Of a DNA stretch of 64,000 bases, positions 1 to 12,879 are shown piece after piece. The translations under genes were made by a program, and so were the position numbers. Positions within the stretch are counted from its first letter, which is position 1; each line of letters starts with the position of its first letter. This DNA comes from Adineta vaga (Eukaryota; Animalia; Rotifera): positions 11,718,001-11,782,000 of the forward strand of contig CP075497.1 of the NCBI GenBank assembly GCA_021613535.1. The letters run 5' to 3'. A model generated the notes under the pieces. It worked only from the letters and a program-made list of their open reading frames with translations, did not search any database and was not told the DNA's origin.

Positions 1-417
1 AGAACAGGAAATATTTTCTTTTGTTTGATTACTTTTTTCCAAGTACTTCAATTGAAATAAGAATAAAATGCTCATAAATAAAGAGCTTTATTAGACTTAC
101 TCATGCGAAAGTACTTTTTTAAATCATAACAAAAAAAACAAAATAAATCTTTTAAAAATATTACAATCAATTTATTTTTAATCTAATCGATACTATTAAA
201 GAATTCGAAGTACATGAAATTATCTTAATCAGTTTATATTATCACGAATAATTCGTGTGATCAAACACTTTGTTGTTTTTTTGAAAGGTACATTCTAATT
301 TTGAAGATTTGTTCTTTGCTTTTTATTATATGAGAAAAGAAAAGAACATAATTCATTTCGACGAATTAACACAGATACTAATAATCGCATACGGAAATAA
401 ATAATTTTCTTTGACTT

Positions 418-1766
418 CTATTCAACACCATGTGCAAATATCATGACAATACCAGGTTCTGTAACTAAAAAATTCAAATCAAAATTTTCTCTACATCAAA
501 TAGTTTTCGATCTTCATACTCATCAATTGATCCATATGTCGATTATCACAACCAAGTACAACTACTGCTTGTTTACCTATAATACGTCGACAAACATAAC
601 TTTCATAATGTCGTCTATTCAACTGTCGGAGTTTCTAAAAGAAATCAATTCATTTGTTTTTTTTTCAATAAACTATTGATTTCAACGTACCAAGTGTGGA
701 TAAACCTTGTGGCCAATGTCGTTCATGTGCATTTTCCATAAGATCATTGGTTATATTTATTGGACAACCACTTTCTAATAGAGCACGTTTAATAACTGCT
801 TGTAAAACACCATCAGGAGTTGAAATCATTCCACCCCAACGTGTCACCCGTGCCAATTGTAAACTAATCGACCATCTAAATGAATTCCAAATCATATCAT
901 CAATAAATATCTCATTTAATTTTACCTTAAAATTTCATCATTTTCTACTCGTTCAAAGACTCGAGATATCGTTGGATTATTCATACGAAGAACACGAATG
1001 AATTCCTATGAATAAAAACACAAAAAAACAAATTCCTCGATTAGTCATTTAGAAAATTTTTACTTGAAGTGTTCGAACTTCTCCTTTATACAAATCCATA
1101 TCCGTTCGATATCTTTGTAATTCATTTTTAACATTATCAAGTTCATTTCTCAATGATTGAATACAATTATGAGTCTATTTGATTCGAAAATAATATTTAA
1201 AAAACAAGAAATATATCGAAAGAATATTCTTACAGTAGCATTATCTTTTGATATCATCATTCCACATCCATTTTCACATTCAATTAATTTCTTTGGATTA
1301 AACTCACATTCAGCTAAATGATTTGCAAGTGCATCTAATTTAACTATTGCTGTACATCCTTCATTTTCACATGTAATATTCAATCTAGTTAAATAAATAC
1401 AATGGATGAAATTAAATCAAGAATTCAAACTTACCGACTAAGTAAGTTTTTTAAGATTCGTGGAACGGGTTTTAATTGATCTGATTCCATTGGTGTTCGA
1501 TCGATCGGACATGTTTGAACACGTGAAAGCCATTCATTAATACAAATCTAATAGAATTTAAAATGAAAAAAATGAAGTTATTTTGTGATATTTACTTGAC
1601 AAAAAGCATGTTCACATGTTGGAGCATGAAGAGGATCTTGAAGAACACCACCACAAATCGCACCTAAGAAAAAATTCTTTCAACGAAATCTTTTTTTTTA
1701 AATCATAGACATACAAGTTAGTTCTTCATCTACACCATTAGGAAAACGTTGAATATCAAAACCCAT
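418..1766 (-). CDS. RNF41: E3 ubiquitin ligase NRDP1/RNF41 (RING, TRAF-type Zn finger, USP8-interacting domain), multi-exon
   Basis: Spliced translation: MGFDIQRFPNGVDEELTC..., ARVTRWGGMISTPDGVLQAVIKRALLESGCP...ENAHERHWPQGLSTL, C-terminal EPGIVMIFAHGVE*. These are diagnostic NRDP1 motifs. Confidence 0.93.
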
Positions 1767-4408
1767 CTTTAATTATCAATCAGACTATTTACAAAAATGA
1801 TTGTCCTTCATTGTAATGGAAAAATGTGATTGTCAAATGATCATCGTTATCGGATGGCTGATAAGACTAACCAGTGTTAAACGATGTTGTTTTTTCTCAT
1901 TAGTGACAACTATTGAAATGAAAATAAGTTATATCGACATCTATAAAACAAACTGATTTCAAATGAACTTGTGAAAGATTGAAAATATTTTGTTCGTTGG
2001 AAGAAAATGTTTGGCAAAGTTTTTTCCTTGAGAGAATATCGAACATTCTTCGTTATAATTGACGTATAAATCTTCTATTAGAATATGTGTGCTTCTCACT
2101 TGGTAGAAAAAAAAACTAATCCAACATATTTACAGTAACTATTACATGATTTTGATTCATGCGGCTTTAAGATTAATAATGAAACCGAAGGAAATGTTAT
2201 TTTCTTGGATAAAAAATGACCTTGAAATCATCTATTTAAGCGACAGATTTGACATGTCTAGTTAATATCTCATATCAATTCGAAATTGTTACTATTTATA
2301 TTTAATCGAAAGAAAATCTGTCATTGATAAATATCTCACAAACATTCTTAACTTAATCTAATCAAAAGACAACATAAGTATTTCCAAACCACTTAATTCT
2401 TATCATCAATGACATAAAACTAATGTCTTTTTTTTTCTTTAAATTTAATACTCATTTGTTGATATGAATCGAAGAGAATTTTTCTCAATTGACTATCGAG
2501 ACGTGAGCTAACAAATCGATTTATTCTCAAACATGCGTCCATATACAGTTATCATACTAAATACATATTGAGTAGGAGGAGGAGAAGAGAAAACGAATGA
2601 TTTTGTTGTCTGATGTATATATGTGAAAAAAAAACGAACGAAAAACGTGCCATTTAATAATTTACTATTCCTAGTTGATATGAATTCGACACCTGATCGA
2701 AATCGACTATCAATTTACTTAACGTGCCGATCATTGTCTCATTTTCAAGAGAAACAAAAAACCTCTTTATTTAGTTTTTACACGTGTAGATTTAACAGTC
2801 AATAAGAAATTTTCTCGTTTTATTGTCATTAGATCACTGTAGAAGGAAAGAATCAAGATTTTTTGACTTTATTTCTATTGAATTTTCACACGAAAAATGA
2901 TAAAATAAAACGGAACTTTTCAATCTGTTAGCAAGCAACAAGAAAGATGAAAACATAGCCGATTGATGCCACCTTTTTCTTTCTCTCCACCGACAAACGA
3001 TGATTTCCGGCTTGAGAACATAACGTTCAGGATATCGAACCGATGAGCTAAATATCAAGTCAATATTGCTGACAGACATTCAATAACCTTGTTGAAAATT
3101 TCAACTCTTTCTTTTTTTGCCGACATACCGCATTTTCTTTCTCTTTTTCTCAAGATGGTTGACAAACATTAGAAAGTAAGTACTCTTTTTTTTTCTTCGA
3201 TTTCGTCTATATTTAAAACATCTATGTATATATGCTGGTTGAGAGTGATGCATAGATTAATGTCATCGATTATTTACAGTGTAACATAAGACTTCCTTTG
3301 CTCTTGCTCAGGCCGATGTCTTATTTCTTTTCATCTTGTTTCTTACGTTGATGGGAGAAAGTAATAGTAAAGAAAAGTTTGTTGATCATGATTGAGCATA
3401 CTAATTCTTACGTGAATAAGGCAAGGAGGATGTTTTTCTTTTTCTTACGAAAATTAAACAAATAAGATACCGAAAGAGAATGAATGAAAATGTAATTATC
3501 TTTCTTATTTCTCATTGAATAGTGAGTGACGCCGTGAAAAAGATAAGCTTTGCTTCAGGCATCGTCTTGTGTCGCGTGTCTCTTCACATTTTTTTTTGAA
3601 GTGGTATGGTGAACATCGAATTCAGGTGGTGAAAAAGAAGAAGAAGAAGAAAAAAACTCCATCAGATTAACAGACCACCTATCCATGTTAGTGTTTGCAT
3701 CATTGTATTTAAAAAACATAACTCATTCGATCGAAGATGAGAATCTTTTGAAAAGAAACAGTGAATCCCGACTAATCGGCTTATGACAGAAGCATTCAAA
3801 TTCAACAAATACTGTTTCATATTCACGCTCACTCAGCATGAATCAAATAAACAGTATACATTTCTCTGTTCTCTTCCCTAGAAATTCCTATCAATGATGA
3901 GTTTCTCTTTGGGCATATGTTCAATGTAATACAGTTAGTGAAAGAAGACTTTCGTTAATCTAAATAAAAAGGGAAACTAATTGATGTCATCATTATCAAA
4001 TCATAGAAGAACAATAGTAAAGTCAAGCTTTTTCTTTGATTGACTTTTCTAGTGAATATATTCATAGTGCTCTTGCAGTTTTATTGACACATAGGCTAAT
4101 CTCTCCACCCACCATCTTCTGTCAACAAATACTAGAGTTATTGAACAAAAAGAAGACGAAGAAGAAGAAAAGCGCAAATCTCGCAATATGTGTCAACAAT
4201 TTTCAAGAGTAGACATCATTACATCCAATTAAATAGCTTTTCATTTGTTTAACAGCTTTTTTTTCCCAAATGTGTGTTATCAAAACAAGAGAAAAATGAA
4301 TATGACGCTTCATATTTATTCATTTACACTGTTCGCCCACGAGCTTTAAGACAGACACAACATACAAACAAAAGAGAGAGAAAGAAAAGAGAGAAAGAAA
4401 AAATGAAG

Positions 4409-5567
4409 TTAATTGAAAATTTTAAAGTTTTGATGATGATGATGATGATGTGATGTTGGCCAACCCATAAATTCCTCACCTGTTCGTCCATACATTGCTG
4501 TTGGTTGAAGAAAATCCATATCTTGATTACGATATGTTAATGCACTTGTCGCCGTTCCATACATCGGTGGACTATTCGCTGCTGTTGAATTCGTTTTATA
4601 GATATGTGGAGGTTCATTGCTATAAAAAAGTCCACTTGGATACGTTGATTGATTTGGACTATAAGATGTTGGATACATATGATGATATGCAGCTGCTTGA
4701 GATGACCAAGCAGCTAAAGATGAGGCTGCAGCGACAGCAGCAGTTGAATTATCTGATGTTGGTGAACGATAAAATGTATTGCTTGTCGTTGAATTTGATG
4801 AACATAAACTATTACTACCACCACCATTTAAACTATTTGTACTTGATGTTGATGGTGGTGAACGATTATGTGTCGTTTGAGAAGAATTTATTCGACCATT
4901 TGGACTAATCATTGATGGACTTTTAGCTTCACGTTTACAAGCAGGTATTGTTGTTGAAAGTGAAGTATCATTGGATGAATTTGATTTGTCATGTATACCA
5001 CTATTGGATGATGATGATGATGGTTTTTTTGTTGCTTTATCTTGTTGACGACATTTAGCACGACGATTTTTAAACCAAACCTAGAGTTATGAAATGAAGT
5101 TCTTTCTAAATATATAAATATATTAGGAATTTCTATACTTGTATTCTCGATTCAGGTAAGTTAACTTTTAATGCAACTTCTTCACGCATAAATATATCAG
5201 GATAACGTGTTCGATCAAATAATGTTTCAAGTTGATCAAGTTGTGCACGTGTAAATGTTGTTCGCTCACGTCTTTGTTTTCTCTGTGATGAACCTATTTC
5301 ACACACTCAGAAAATGAATAATTAATATAGAAGAGAAAAATCTGTTCTACCATTATAAGATAAAGCCGAAAATGAATCGGGATGTTGAGGAAAACCAAAT
5401 GCAAATTGAACACCTTTTGTTGGATCTGAATAACCAAATTTCAATGCTGTCGGGTCATTTGCTGCCATTGATGATGCAGCAGCCACATAATTCGAGTAAT
5501 AATCACCTAATGGTGGTGACGGATATTTTGCCGTTCCACTGGTACTATTAACGGAAGCCACGATTGC
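4409..5567 (-). CDS. otx: Orthodenticle/Otx K50 paired-class homeobox protein; 5' end uncertain
   Basis: Homeodomain across exons ~5140-5294 and up to 5080: [48 protein letters not shown]|[13 protein letters not shown]. It has K50 and the typical Q/VWF intron. An acceptor near 5568 implies a further upstream exon. Confidence 0.93.
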
Positions 5568-8272
5568 TATAGGATAAATAATAACATAAGAGTATAATCT
5601 ACGGATTTTATTTTTAAATAAATAAAAGTCTTTGGCTTTTTTTCTTCTTTTCTACGTTAACTGGGATAAGACTATCCTCAATCGGCATTAACACGTGTCA
5701 GATTTCATGCATTTATGATTGAATAAGGTGATGGATGAGGCGTGTTGGTAACATCGAGATAAATCGGGGCTAAACTCATAAATAAATACTTACCGGGTTT
5801 TTTTTCGTCTTAGTTAAGATATACCAATGTAAATGAATGAATGAATAGGAATCGTCTCAAACTTCAAATAGATTAGAACTGATGATGAAAAAAAACATCG
5901 AACACGCACAATCTTTTTCTCTTTCTCTCCTTCTCTCTCTCTCTCTACCTCTTTCTCTCTCTCTTGTTCTCCATTTTCTCTCATTCCACGGTAATGAAAC
6001 GAGTGTATCACGCGACGATCGTTAGTCGTTCTTGATTGACAAGCAATGTGTGTGTGTTTTTCTTGTTTTCTTTATCCAATCAAAACTTTTCTTCATATCA
6101 ACTGAAAGAAAAAAAACTTGATTTTTCTTTCAACCAATCAGAAATAAGATACATTTAAACCAATGAAAAAAACAATCTTTTGCTAACAGGAAAATTTCCA
6201 TGTATACGGGTACAAATAGTGTATCTCTTTTCTTTCCTTTTCTTTTCTTCAGCTTGAAATAAAGGATTAGATTGTGTGAACAACTTGTTATGATGCCAAC
6301 ATCAAATTGAAATCTATATCTTCAGGCAAATCTGACCAAGATGAATCACGTATGAAATAGAAATTCTTCGTCTATTTTTTTCCTATTAACATATTAGACA
6401 CCTGTTTTTTTATCATCATCGTCGTCTTTATTGACAATATTGACTCTGCTCATCAAATGATATGCATAAAGAATAAGATAAGCTTGAGACACTCTCACAT
6501 ACCACGCACATTAACATAGACTCTATATACGTTTGATCATCTTTGTACACACTTATCATATTTGAGCGAAAAGAATGTATGTTGTTTACCTCATGGCATT
6601 TTTCTATTCTATATGTTGATCTAATTAATATGGTAATACATTAACTAAGAAAAAGAAAGATCCGAAAGGAATGTTCTTTCGTGTGTGTGTATGTGTATGT
6701 TCTTTCTTCTATTCTGCGACATGTGCAGTAAAAAAAATGGCAATTAATTTACGTTTTTTTTTCTTTAGCTTCGAGATGAATGTGCGTGACAGTGGCACGC
6801 ACACACGTCAATCACAGTTGTCATCTACCTGTATGTCCCATGACATTCATTAGAGCGCATCAATTGAGAAATTCGAGTGCTTGTTCATTTTTTTGTCTTG
6901 ATAATTGAAGTCGAGAAGACTTTCGTCTTTTGAACATCGTGGGAAACTTTTTTACTCTTTCTTCTTTTTATGAAAGAAAAAAAAAGAAGTAAATTATTCA
7001 GAAGATAATAGACGAAGAGAAGACGTCTATTGTTTGATTGTACGAATATCAATTCCGCAAATGATTGAAGACAAAGAGAGCAAGAAAGAAAGAAAGCGTC
7101 GTTTAAAGACGCGGAAAATCGGATCATAATCGTTGAATAAAAAAAACAAAATTCATTAAATATAAATCATTTCTTTTGAAATGAATCTTTTTGATTAATT
7201 GTTGATGTTGAATAGAACTTTCTACACTATGAAGGCAAAAGAACAACAATCTTATTTCAATGTCATGAAAAATATAGAAGACCATTTTCTAACTTGATGA
7301 TAATCTTCTTTAGAAATATTATAAAAAAAACACACATACAATTATTTCTTGTCAAAAGATGAGAAAATTGATTTTCTCTAATCCTTTAAAATTAAATTTC
7401 AATTTGTTCGGATAGTTCAAAGAAAATTCTTGGAGTACTTAATTTTATAAACTAATGACAATGTCGTAAATTGTACTAAATGGTCATTATGCAATGGAAA
7501 ACTAATCAGTTAATTAAAAATGTATGACAAAAACTTGGGATATGACAGGTAACAATTGCACAGAGTGATGCATATTTAGTTGATTGTAGACAGGAGATGG
7601 AATGATATAATTGTCAGAATCATTTTATAAAAAAATGGTATTTTGTATCCAATCATTCCATTTTTTGCTGATGAAAAACTTTAGTCTTATTCTTAAGACA
7701 TATTTTATTCGTAGAAACGTACTGAGTCACCTCTAGTAAGACGGTGAATACGTTTGACGACAGAAAACTGCTATATAAACAGGAGCGCAACTCTTCTTTT
7801 AATATTTTCAGAAGTGAAGGAAAAGGATGCTACACCCGACGTATCCTCTTGGTATGGCCCTACTTATTCGAATTGATTGAGAAATAGTATTTAACAAAGT
7901 TTTGTATTCTGAAAAGTACTCCTTATTAACTTGTTATCTGATCCAAGCTTTGTAAATATCTCCGGCTTGAATAATTCTTTAATGTATTTTTTTCCGATTG
8001 AATCCGATTAGTAATCAGTTCGTTAAGAACTGACAAACTTTCACACTAACTCTAAGAATAGTATCAGACACTGGATTTGCAATCTATAACTTATTAAATA
8101 GGAATGATTCAGACATTTTCTTAAAATAAATATAATCCAAAGTGTAACTCTTGTCGCAAGTTCTCAGGGTTAGATGTAAACTCTATCGTTTATTGAGAGA
8201 GAGTGAGAGAGAATTAGCAAACAAGAAAAAAACAAGTAAATCGAGTTAAATACAAAATATAAACAAAATAAG

Positions 8273-8986
8273 TTATAAACGTTTTTTTTTGGCTTTTTTA
8301 GTTTTTGTTGTTAATGTTGGTTCTTGTCGAGGATTTTGATCGAGTAATTCCATAATTTTATTTAAAATTTTATCGTGTTGTTTATTTAGAAGATTTTCAA
8401 CATAATCTGTTTGCTGTGATAGATCTGATTGTTTAACTGTTAAACTTTGTGTTTGAGTTTTATTTTGGTCATTTGTAATAAGAATTTGTTTTAATAAACG
8501 TATTTGTTCTTCACTTTCATAGTTACATTGATCAAATTGATTGATTTGATCTTTGATTTGTTGAAATTTTGCTTCAAATTCTTTGATTTTACTGGAATCT
8601 GTATGAGAATTTTGATGATTTTCATTCATTAAACGTTGTAAACTATATTTCGATTTCATATCCTCGTATTCGGAACATTTTTCATCCAATGTTTTTTGTA
8701 AAGCATCAATTTTTGCTTCGGAATGTTTAAGTTCAGTTCGTAGTTGATTAACTGTTGATGATTCATTTGGAATATAATCAATATCAAAAATTGAATGTGG
8801 ATGTTGCTCTTGCAATCCATGCAAACGTTTATTTTCATTTTCCAAATCAGATATTCGTTTATTTAAGATCTCAATATCATTTTCATGATTTTGTTTGAGA
8901 TTTTCAATTGTTTTATATAATTTCTGAAGTAAATCAGATAAACTTATACATGATGTTGTTGTTAGACGTTTAGGAGTGATTGACAT
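8273..8986 (-). CDS. Uncharacterised coiled-coil protein (237 aa) with basic C-terminal tail
   Basis: Long ORF with heptad-rich composition, ending KTKKAKKKRL; splice acceptor near 9009 upstream of the ATG. Confidence 0.7.
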   Translation of the reverse strand: MSITPKRLTTTSCISLSDLLQKLYKTIENLKQNHENDIEILNKRISDLENENKRLHGLQEQHPHSIFDIDYIPNESSTVNQLRTELKHSEAKIDALQKTLDEKCSEYEDMKSKYSLQRLMNENHQNSHTDSSKIKEFEAKFQQIKDQINQFDQCNYESEEQIRLLKQILITNDQNKTQTQSLTVKQSDLSQQTDYVENLLNKQHDKILNKIMELLDQNPRQEPTLTTKTKKAKKKRL

Positions 8987-9414
8987 TTTGCCAAAGAATG
9001 ACTCTTAACTAGAACAAAAAAAAAACAACAAGAAAATTGTAATACCTATGCATAATATATTTTAAAAAGAAGCACATTCACCGGAAGATTAAAAGTCACC
9101 CTCATCCTCGACAAAGGATCTTGCGCCTGAATAATTTGGGTTTTCTATATACATCAAACAATCTGAGAAACGAACTCTTTGAACACAGAATTTCTTGATT
9201 AGTATTAAAGATTCCTGGTTTGTTCTATATAAAATATTTCTAAATGAAACTAAATCTATTCCTACATGATGTGTTTTTTATTTCATTTCATCAAACACAA
9301 ATAACGGTGACACAGAAATAACAAGAAAAACAAAAGAAAAAAAGAAAAAAAGTAACAAAACATTTTCTTTCTTTTTTTTCAAAACACATATTTCTTCTTC
9401 TTCTTTGCTTTATT

Positions 9415-9917
9415 TTAAGTAAACAATTTTTCAATATTTTGTTTTAAGGTTTGAATTTGTGCTTTTAATTGTGAACCTTCATTGATCGTTATACTTGCAC
9501 TAATCACTGGACGTGTAACACCACAAGCACGACCTAATGCTTGTTTGCTTCGTACAAATACATACGGAACGTTCTTATCTTCACATAATAATGGTAAATG
9601 CATTAAAATTTCAATTGGTGTTGCATCAGCAGCCATAACTTCATAAACAAAGGAGAATTTTCGTTTTATTATCATAAAAATATTAACTTACTGATTAATT
9701 CTGATTTACCACGATTAAGTGTTTTTGTTGCTTCATTAGCACCTTTACGTAATTGACGCTAAAATAGTTATTTTCAACAATAAGAAAACATCGAATGAAT
9801 CAATTGAATTTAACTTACATAGTTTTGTGCTTGATGAACAAGTTCGAGAATATCTTTGGTAAGTTTAGCATCAGCTAATGGATATGCTTTTGGATTGACA
9901 TCACCTTCAGCAGACAT
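9415..9917 (-). CDS. SNU13: SNU13/NHP2L1 (15.5K), box C/D snoRNP and U4 snRNP K-turn-binding protein, 3 exons
   Basis: [20 protein letters not shown]...[16 protein letters not shown]...[40 protein letters not shown]. Confidence 0.96.
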
Positions 9918-10062
9918 GATTGATTTTATTTGAAATAGATATTCGATTTGAATTAATCTGTAAAAGAAGAAGGAAATGAATCAATTCCACCGATATTTAA
10001 AATTATCAAGCAAAAATAAATAAATAATATATATATTTAAAAAAAAAGAGAGAGAAAACTGT

Positions 10063-11972
10063 TTAATGCACAATTTTAGGTAGAACAAAAAGATGATGAA
10101 AATCATCGAAATCATAGGTATGTCTCATTGATAAATCTGTTAATTTCAAACCGCCAATTTTCTACAAAAGAAAATAAAAGAAATATTTTCAACTTTGAAT
10201 ATTCATTTTACTTTTAATCCACATGTTAATGGAACAAGTTCTAATTCTATATCATAGGTATGATGTGCTTCTAATCGTCCTAATTGTTTACTAATAATTC
10301 CAATCCATAGGAATTGTTCACGTTTAGAAAATGAACTATCGAATGTTAATGCTAAATCCATCGGTCGTTGTGTACAATTTAAAATTCTTATAGAACATTT
10401 TTGAGCTTCCTCAACATAACATTGACCTTGACCACGCATTAGAAATATACGTAAATCAGGCAAATATCCAAGATTTGTTGTAGCAATTGATGGAGTCTAA
10501 GAAGAATAAGAAAAGAGATAGAAATTCGAATTGATTAAAAACGAAAGATTTACTGGTTTAGGAAGTTGATTAGTTTGTAAACGACCACGTTCACCAAAAC
10601 CAGACATCCAAACAATATCAAGTTTCCCTAATGTTGATGTCGAATGTATTTCTTCAAATGTTGCATCATCTCGAGGTTTTAAATAAAACATATAAGTAGT
10701 CGTTTCACTTGGCCGAATAAAATGCCATGCTTCACAAAGTGAACTAAACAAAGAGAACAAAAAACAAGAATATTTCATCGATAATTACACTAATTCATAC
10801 TTCTCAGAATTTTCATGATGAAGATTATTCATATTCGTAACTGTATATGCATGAGATGTTTCTAATTCCACAGTTCTATTTGACAAAATGCAAATGATGA
10901 TAAATAAATTCAAGTTTTTATTCAAACAAACGTCATATTCAAAATGGTTGGTGTCTGATTTTGAATATCGGCAACAATATAATATTCATCATGCTAAAAA
11001 AGAGCAGAAAAAAAACTCAAAGATTTCGAAAACATGAACACAAGACAATTCTTACCCGAGCACCGGATATAAATCGTGTTTTAAGATCAATTGGTTTACC
11101 AACCTTGAATAGAATTTCTATTATCATAGCTCCGAAATGTAAATGTTACTTACAGGTAATTTAAATACTTTTTTTAAATTATATTTCTCCCCATTTTGAT
11201 CAGAACAAGTAACAGTACACACTAAACTAAAAGTAATTTTTCGGTTTAGATAAATATTTCAACATTGTTTGATCAAAACAAACGGGAGAATTGCGGAAAG
11301 ATAAGATAACGAGTTATACAATCACTTACGAATGATTGCCGAGTTCTTTAACTTCATGTTGTAAAACACGTGAGATGCTTTGATCCGGCGCTAATTCAAT
11401 TCGATTCGAATCAGTTTGATCGGTTGAATTCAATGTAATCCGTTGTGTAGCTGTTTGAATATCTGTCTAGAATCAATCGAAAAATATTGCATAATTCCAT
11501 AGAAAATTCATATTACCTTAAGAATTACATCTCGTAGTGTATGATCACTTTGATTATGTAGCGCAACGATTGCGGAAAATATTTCACCCAAAAACACATT
11601 CCTAATTACAAAAAAGAAGATCAAACACTTTTCAAAAAACCAAAAAAAAATACCCAAAACTATATGGAAGTACGAGTAAATGACTTAATACTGAATGATC
11701 ATTTCCAATGGCCATATCATTTGACTGTCCGGTAAGAAATGCATCTACCGATGAAGACGATCCTTCGTCGCCATAGACTGGAATATTTTGATACAATGCC
11801 GGTTTAGATAATCGCATAACTGAAAGAAAAAAAAATTTTGTTCTTTTTCATTCGATTAAACTTAATATTAACCTCGAACAGCCAGTGGTTCACCATTTTT
11901 CGTTGTATCTAACGATGTTGTTGATGTTGCATTTAGAGAAGTAGCACTGGAATTTATAATAGGGACTGACAT
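10063..11972 (-). CDS. TRAPPC13: Trafficking protein particle complex subunit 13, multi-exon
   Basis: LAVRVMRLSKPAL..., LLVLPYSFG-NVFLGEIFS, ELGNH, LGKLDIVWMSGFGERGRLQTNQL, PLTCGLK-IGGLKLTD...TYDFD. Confidence 0.9.
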
Positions 11973-12067
11973 AATAAATTACATATCTAGAAATAACACT
12001 TATTGAATTTCAAAAAGAAAAAAACAACAAAAACAAAGAAAAAAAATCACATTGATCAAACTAAAGA

Positions 12068-12619
12068 TTAATTGTTAACAATATTATCTGTTTTCTTCTC
12101 GTCTTCAGCACCGGTCCTAGGAGTACTTGCAGATGAAAGTTCAATAATATGAATAGATTTTTTTTCCTGAGATAATTTTATATTGATCTGTTCGTCATCA
12201 CTATCATCGGAATCGACGTCCGATTGAGAGGGTGAAGCACCATTTGGACAAAACATTAAATTCATTTCAATTCTTTGTCTATTATCGTCATCGTCGTCTG
12301 AATCTGAATCTAATTCAATCCGAACATTTTCGCCGGATTTTATTTGAGATAATAATGTTTGATTTGCATCCGTTAATATTGGTAAAAACTGTTTACAACG
12401 TGATATTAAATCACTGCTATCAATACGAATTGTTGATAAACGTTCATTTCTTTGGACATTATCAGTTGAGCTAATTGGTTCATCGAAATAAACATTTTTT
12501 GAAACATTTTTTTTCAAAGCAGAAAAAAAATCTTCGGAACTTTCGGCTTCATCTTCACATTGTAAATGTTTAAAATTCCACGATGATGAATTTTTATTCG
12601 AAGAAACATCATCGGTCAT
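12068..12619 (-). CDS. NOPCHAP1: NOP protein chaperone 1-like (C12orf45/DUF4598 family)
   Basis: SSDLISRCKQFLPILTDANQTL...IELDSD(acidic)...IEMNL followed by an acidic tail and IIEL. This matches the remembered DUF4598 signature; single exon. Confidence 0.75.
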   Translation of the reverse strand: MTDDVSSNKNSSSWNFKHLQCEDEAESSEDFFSALKKNVSKNVYFDEPISSTDNVQRNERLSTIRIDSSDLISRCKQFLPILTDANQTLLSQIKSGENVRIELDSDSDDDDDNRQRIEMNLMFCPNGASPSQSDVDSDDSDDEQINIKLSQEKKSIHIIELSSASTPRTGAEDEKKTDNIVNN

Positions 12620-12795
12620 CTAGAATGAAGAATTTTATCAAATGAAGAACAATATTTTCTAAACTGAACAAAGAAAATAAGTTCTTCATCCCAATTCAAT
12701 TCAATTGACTCCAAATAACCAATCTAATCTTTATCGATGTTAACAAATGCATTAGTGTGTTAGATCAAATGCATTACACTTTTTCCTCTTTGGCT

Positions 12796-12808
12796 GTCGC
12801 TTAGAAAC
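12796..12808. promoter_or_regulatory. Candidate RFX X-box in the 260-bp divergent NOPCHAP1/FBXO16 promoter
   Basis: GTCGCTTAGAAAC resembles the imperfect palindrome GTTGCCATGGCAAC and lies about 70 nt upstream of the FBXO16 ATG. Confidence 0.35.
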
Positions 12809-12879
12809 AATTCAAATTTGTAACTAAATGAATCTAAGAGATTCTTTTACACTATATCTTACGCGCGAAGGCCGGAACG

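Noticed and set aside
4495-4908. 137-aa plus-strand ORF and similar shadow ORFs opposite real genes
   Set aside because: They are antisense or alternate-frame to well-supported exons and carry no motifs.
1800-8200. TAATCC autoregulatory site cluster around Otx
   Set aside because: Only a few scattered hexamers, not distinguishable from chance in AT-rich DNA.
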